Shown: in pieces, positions 59,406 to 64,000 of the stretch
How positions within the stretch are numbered: position 1 is the stretch's first letter
How the letters are laid out: every line of letters starts with the position of its first letter
Source of the DNA: Craspedostauros australis
Lineage: Eukaryota
NCBI GenBank assembly: GCA_030167865.1
Contig: JALAGF010004837.1
Coordinates: 62,001-126,000, forward strand
Length of the DNA stretch: 64,000 nt
Direction: 5' to 3'
Position numbers and translations under genes: made by a program
Notes under the pieces: model-generated
Told to the model about the DNA's origin: nothing
The model's database searches: none
The model's input: only the letters and a program-made list of their open reading frames with translations

Positions 59406-61976
59406 CTAATTTGAGTATCGGTGCCTTCGAGGAAACTGCTGCAGGTCTTCCTGACTCGGCATGTCAGCTACCTTCTTGATGTTCCGAGTCCACGACGGTG
59501 GGAGCGGCCACTCCGAAAAGAATTGATTGGCGATCCTGGTCCATTCGCCCTCCGTCCAGCCAAATCTCGCGTTGGAGCGGCTTCCAGCCAGCGCTTGAAG
59601 CATACCCGAATTCAGCAGCCCTTCGTCGCAGCTTTCGTCCAGCAGATTCATCAGCGTCGTGCAACGGATATCATTGTCATCGTGCTCGTACTCATCAGCA
59701 GCTGCGCTGTCGTCGTCGTCATCGTCGCCGTCGTCGCCCTTGTTATCACTGCGGGGCGGACGTTCGAACGATTCCAACGTGACCCGAAGCATGAGCATGT
59801 AGGCGCGTGGGTCCAGATAGTAGCGTGTTTCCTTGAGATCGTCCAGCGTCTCGCGGGCGATTTCGTATGCTTGCAGATGGCCGGCCCGGGCGGATTGGCG
59901 AGCTGCCCGCAGGAGGATGAGATACGACTCAGGTGCGGTCGTCACACATCTCTCTTCTTCGACCTTTCGCACGCTCTTCAGCCACTCCGATGCGCGTTTC
60001 AAAGCATCCAACCGCACCGCCGCATCCGGGTGACGTTCTGCGCGACCCACCCATCCCTGGATGACAAGGGCGAAGGATTCGGAGTTGGGGCAGAGCGATG
60101 CATCTTTCTCCCGGCTGAACCGTTCGCCGAGGTGAAGGAGTAGATCTTCTGCTGCCTGAGCGCCATCCGTCCGCAGCAGGGCCTTGATGACGGTGTTGTA
60201 GGTTCGATTCGATGGAAGCAGGGCCAGATCCGATTCCAATTCGGAGGAGTTCCACTGCTTCTTGAGCCACCACAGGGCCCTCTGCCCGGAGTTGTCATGG
60301 GCGGCATTGGACCATGCCAGCATGACCTTCTCGTACGAGATGCTGTCGGGCTTGGCCATGTCGTTGCCGGCATCCTTGAGCGCAATCATGGACCGCAACA
60401 CTTTCTCTGCCTCGAATGGAGCGTTGTGGTGGAACGCCGCCAACGCCGCCCAACCGCTGAGCAAGGTGTTGTACGCCACTGTGTTTGACGCAACGTCGGG
60501 GTCACCGGCCTCCTCCAACTTGTGCAGACGATCGAGGATGGCACGGGCTTGTCGTATCTCGTCCAAGCCGTTTGCGGTGGGATCTGGATTGAAGCCATCG
60601 TTGAGTTGCTGAGATCCGTGCGCTTTCTGCTTTGCCACGCCGATGAGAGCATCCATGGCCATGGCGTACGTCCTTGTATTGGGTCTGACGGACGAATTCA
60701 ATGGATCTGCCCGGTGCCGGTCTTCCATGAGGGCCACGAGGTTGGAGACCCGTTCCGCGACGGCCGGGTATCGCTTGCAACGAGTCCAGCCCCGAATGAC
60801 CAAGTTGAAGGTCTCTGTAGTCGGGATGACGTTTGCGTAGTTGGGATCTTCCTTCTGCAAAACGATCAATCGGCGCAGCACGGCCTCTGCTTTCGTCGCA
60901 TGCTTCAGCACCATGTTTTGGTTGCTCCGACTGCGACCACCTCCGCGTCCTTTCGTGCAGGCCTCAAGGAATGCGTTGTACAGTTCGAGCGTTGGCTGCA
61001 TCTCCGGATCTGCACCGTCGGCATGAAGCTTCCCGTGCCCCTCGCCTTGTTCGTTTGCGCTGTCGCTGTCGCTGTCCTCGTTCAATTCCCTCGCCATGGC
61101 TGCTTGGTTGATACACTCGGTCAGCCACCGTTCTGCCCGATTGACAAGTACCATGGCCTGCTCCTGATTCGACCAGGCCCACGCCTCCACGATGGCCTTG
61201 TAGCAGGCTGTCGTCGGCTTGACCCCAGCATCCCTGCAGTGCAACAGCCATCGCTCCGCACGGCGTGGTGCTGCAGGATCATCCTTCACTGCGTCGCGCA
61301 GCGCCTCGAGAACATGCTGCAGTATGGCTGCCGTGATGGGAGCAGGGTCATTCCGCAAGGTATCCCTTAGCCAGATTTCCTTCTCGTACAGCGTCTTTTG
61401 CAGCAGAAAGCGTGGGACAGGCTGCTTTCCGTGACGATCCTGATGCTGCCCTTGCTCTTGAAACTGATGAGCGCGCCGTCCGAGATTCCCAAAGATCGAA
61501 TCGCTCCCAAACCTTTGCTGCTGCTGCTGCTGCTGATGATGATGATATCGTTGAAAGTGAGTGTACTTGCTGTAGCCATTGTGGCCATTGTTGTTGTTAA
61601 TGTTGTTAATGTTGTTGCGCTTATGGAGCGGTCGATTCGTTTGCACGTTGCTCTGGCATCGACTTCCGCCAGCATGGGCATCATCATCATCATCATCATC
61701 ACCACCACCCGCTGCCGAGCTCAGCAATTGAGGTGACAGACCTGCAGTAGACGCGAATTGGAGTCCATTTCGCAATGGGAACAAGTGTTGCTGATGTTGT
61801 GATCGTGCTTGGCGTAATGCTGCAACATGGATGATCTGGCTGCAAGTAATTGATCTTGCGTGATGGGAGATCCTTGCGGTTGCGATCCTTCTCTGTGCAT
61901 TTGGTTGCTGCCTCCGCCCATTGCGCAGTCGATGCAGAACCGATGACGGAGAAGGGGATATCGTCACCCGTTTCAT
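59406..61976 (-). CDS. Pentatricopeptide repeat (PPR) protein, probably mitochondrial
   Basis: Repeated P-T/D/N-x-x-Y/F-x-x-x-I/L-x-A/G-W units (PTTACYKAIVEAW, PTLELYNAFLEAC, PTTETFNLVIRGW, SNTVAYNTLLSGW, PDSISYEKVMLAW). Arg/Ser-rich presequence from the ATG at 61976. Confidence 0.9.
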   Translation of the reverse strand: MKRVTISPSPSSVLHRLRNGRRQQPNAQRRIATARISHHARSITCSQIIHVAALRQARSQHQQHLFPLRNGLQFASTAGLSPQLLSSAAGGGDDDDDDDAHAGGSRCQSNVQTNRPLHKRNNINNINNNNGHNGYSKYTHFQRYHHHQQQQQQQRFGSDSIFGNLGRRAHQFQEQGQHQDRHGKQPVPRFLLQKTLYEKEIWLRDTLRNDPAPITAAILQHVLEALRDAVKDDPAAPRRAERWLLHCRDAGVKPTTACYKAIVEAWAWSNQEQAMVLVNRAERWLTECINQAAMARELNEDSDSDSANEQGEGHGKLHADGADPEMQPTLELYNAFLEACTKGRGGGRSRSNQNMVLKHATKAEAVLRRLIVLQKEDPNYANVIPTTETFNLVIRGWTRCKRYPAVAERVSNLVALMEDRHRADPLNSSVRPNTRTYAMAMDALIGVAKQKAHGSQQLNDGFNPDPTANGLDEIRQARAILDRLHKLEEAGDPDVASNTVAYNTLLSGWAALAAFHHNAPFEAEKVLRSMIALKDAGNDMAKPDSISYEKVMLAWSNAAHDNSGQRALWWLKKQWNSSELESDLALLPSNRTYNTVIKALLRTDGAQAAEDLLLHLGERFSREKDASLCPNSESFALVIQGWVGRAERHPDAAVRLDALKRASEWLKSVRKVEEERCVTTAPESYLILLRAARQSARAGHLQAYEIARETLDDLKETRYYLDPRAYMLMLRVTLESFERPPRSDNKGDDGDDDDDDSAAADEYEHDDNDIRCTTLMNLLDESCDEGLLNSGMLQALAGSRSNARFGWTEGEWTRIANQFFSEWPLPPSWTRNIKKVADMPSQEDLQQFPRRHRYSN

Positions 61977-62741
61977 GGTGTATTTGGTCGTCTTCTCCAG
62001 TGCGCTATGGTCTCGAAATGGAATCGAGTAGAGCGGAATAGGTATGGTGAGTGGCGTGACGTACTTCCTCTTTCGCCCTCCAGGCATCAATGTCGATCGA
62101 GCGAGCACCTCTATCATTCACACACACGAGCGCAAACACATGATGAACAAGATTTCTGGTGGCCACAACACGTTTGATTCGTTTGGGGTTGCGGTAATAT
62201 TCTATATTGTTCATTTCTATTTTTGTCCGTTACTGGGACATGTTTAGTTTTGAATTTGAATACACGAATGAGATGGTTGTTATGTAAGTCTACAACATCC
62301 ACGGTAGACATACACGTTCCACACAAAACGGGACCGGAGGGTGTCCTCTTTCAATCCGTTTCGACTACTTGCAGAATTCGACAGTGCGGAAATAATATTG
62401 TCGTATTCCGATTTTCATTTCTATCGTTCGAATTATTCGTGAACTTTGTGATGTGGCGTCATCGATTTGCTTGTTCGGAAGCGAGTCGTGTCCGTGTTTC
62501 ATGTGCGAATTTGTGTTGGTGGCATTCTTGTTGGAAGACGCACGTTCGTTCCACCATCGTCTCACAAACACGTTTCTCGCACGCCCGCGACAACTCATCA
62601 CAGCGCAAGTCTGAGCGCACTCTGATCCACACCATCCGACTCTTCTTGACAGGTTGGCCTGAAGACCGATGACGGCAAAGAGAAGCAGCTGTGACCTTCC
62701 CATTCTTCTCCGTTCGTATCGTAGTTGTCGTCGAGTAAGAC

Positions 62742-63935
62742 ATGGCTTGCTACAAAATGACACTCGCGACATTGGTTCGAAGTCGGCCATTGGCAGGCCG
62801 CACGGTGTCACAACCACTGCTGAGAGGGCTGTCATCATCTTCTTCCGTCGTTGCCGCTGCCGCTTCTGGTGCCGATGTTGACGCTGATGCCAATGCCACC
62901 TCCGCATCCACCAACGCGAGACATGGAAAATGTGGCGGCCACAAGCACGCGAGCAACACGGCGCAGCTGCACAACTTTCTTCCTGACGGATGCATGGGCT
63001 ACGGCCGCGGCTGGGCGTGGCAGCAAACCATCCTCAGCCGACGATTGAGATCTCGGAAGAGGGCGTCATCACAGAGCCAAACCAACTACAAGGAGGATCG
63101 CGATGCCATCATGTTGGTGGAGCACCAACCTGTATACACGCTCGGGCGAGGTGCCGATGAACATTATATCACGTTCATCAACCAAATGAGGGATGGGAAT
63201 GACATCGGCGATGATCCCATGTCGTCCACTGCATCCACATCATCACTGCCATCGGAACGGCAGAAAATCTTGAGCAAGCTATCTCGCACATCAAGGGGTC
63301 CAGGCAGCGCGCGCCTTTCGATCGACCGACGGTATATCGACGAAGATGCCTTGGCCAAGCTGCCCATGCACGAGGCCGTGCAGGAGCTCAGCGCGATGGC
63401 ATCGCCCGTCATCGCCCCCAACGGCGCGCCCATCTACCGAGTCGAACGCGGTGGTGAGGTCACCTTCCATGGTCCGCAACAGCTTGTTGTCTATCCCATG
63501 TTTGATTTGCAACGGTCACCATTCCGCAAGGATCTGCATTGGTACTTGCGTCAGTTGGAGGATGTCGTCATCCGGACGTTAGCACGCTACGGCATCGCAG
63601 GTGTACGCGATGAGATCAACACGGGCGTGTGGGTGGACAAACGCAAAATTGCCGCGGTTGGAGTGTCCTCGTCCAGATGGATTACGACGCACGGGTTTGC
63701 GTTGAATGTCGATCCGGATTTGTCCTACTTCGACACATCGGTCATCATCCCGTGCGGCGTCGAGGGACGTGGTGTGACAAGTATGAGAGCCGAAATCCAG
63801 AAGCATCAGCAACGACAACGCGAAGAAGGCACAGCGATATGTCCGTCACTGAGTGACGTCGCTGCCGTGGTGATGGATGAGCTGGAGCGAGTGTTTGATG
63901 TCTCCGTCGCACGGAATGGGACACGAGGAATCTAA
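62742..63935 (+). CDS. lipB: Lipoyl(octanoyl) transferase LipB/LIPT2, probably mitochondrial
   Basis: VEHQPVYTLGR, RGGEVTFHGPQQLVVYP, KIAAVG, HGFALNV and IIPCG; Arg/Ser-rich presequence. Confidence 0.95.
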   Translation: MACYKMTLATLVRSRPLAGRTVSQPLLRGLSSSSSVVAAAASGADVDADANATSASTNARHGKCGGHKHASNTAQLHNFLPDGCMGYGRGWAWQQTILSRRLRSRKRASSQSQTNYKEDRDAIMLVEHQPVYTLGRGADEHYITFINQMRDGNDIGDDPMSSTASTSSLPSERQKILSKLSRTSRGPGSARLSIDRRYIDEDALAKLPMHEAVQELSAMASPVIAPNGAPIYRVERGGEVTFHGPQQLVVYPMFDLQRSPFRKDLHWYLRQLEDVVIRTLARYGIAGVRDEINTGVWVDKRKIAAVGVSSSRWITTHGFALNVDPDLSYFDTSVIIPCGVEGRGVTSMRAEIQKHQQRQREEGTAICPSLSDVAAVVMDELERVFDVSVARNGTRGI

Positions 63936-64000
63936 TACAGCTCACACATTTGAACACGATATTACTCAATCTTGGATGCAAGCCGCTAGCTTCCAAGACA

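Noticed and set aside
1-64000. tRNA, rRNA, CRISPR arrays or prokaryotic systems
   Set aside because: I saw no cloverleaf/T-loop context, rRNA signature or repeat-spacer array. The window is eukaryotic and contains introns.

Overview
Gene-dense eukaryotic DNA, almost certainly a diatom (stramenopile): GT-AG introns, bipartite plastid-targeting presequences ('A/S/G-F' cleavage motif) and GC3-rich codons that create many spurious antisense ORFs. I can support about 19 host genes: a partial unknown CDS, plastid flavodoxin, a BPNT/IMPase-family phosphatase, an ArfGAP-like protein, an HMA-domain protein, a P2B Ca2+-ATPase, ALG3, a CDK with a PCNVIRE motif, a class V aminotransferase, a PAT1-like protein, a PDZ+CRAL-TRIO protein, a small membrane protein, IspE, a YLDxL-repeat plastid protein, an AKR-like protein, a plastid single-TM protein, BiP, a PWWP-like protein, a PPR protein and LipB. 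The main accessory feature is an ~8.36 kb full-length non-LTR retrotransposon at 31932-40292. It carries ORF1 plus an APE-RT-RNase H-CCHC ORF2 (Ambal-like architecture), a perfect 16-17 bp target-site duplication and a (TATT)3 tail. Its ORF2 has no AUG before the endonuclease, a +1 shift in a G8 run, and an in-frame UGA in a UGA-CGG readthrough-type context. Other leads are a candidate multivalent pyrenoid/condensate-type protein with TGACGT-rich upstream DNA, several apparent pseudo-enzymes, and a non-canonical BiP C-terminus (DGEL). All calls come from reading motifs by eye; no database searches were run.
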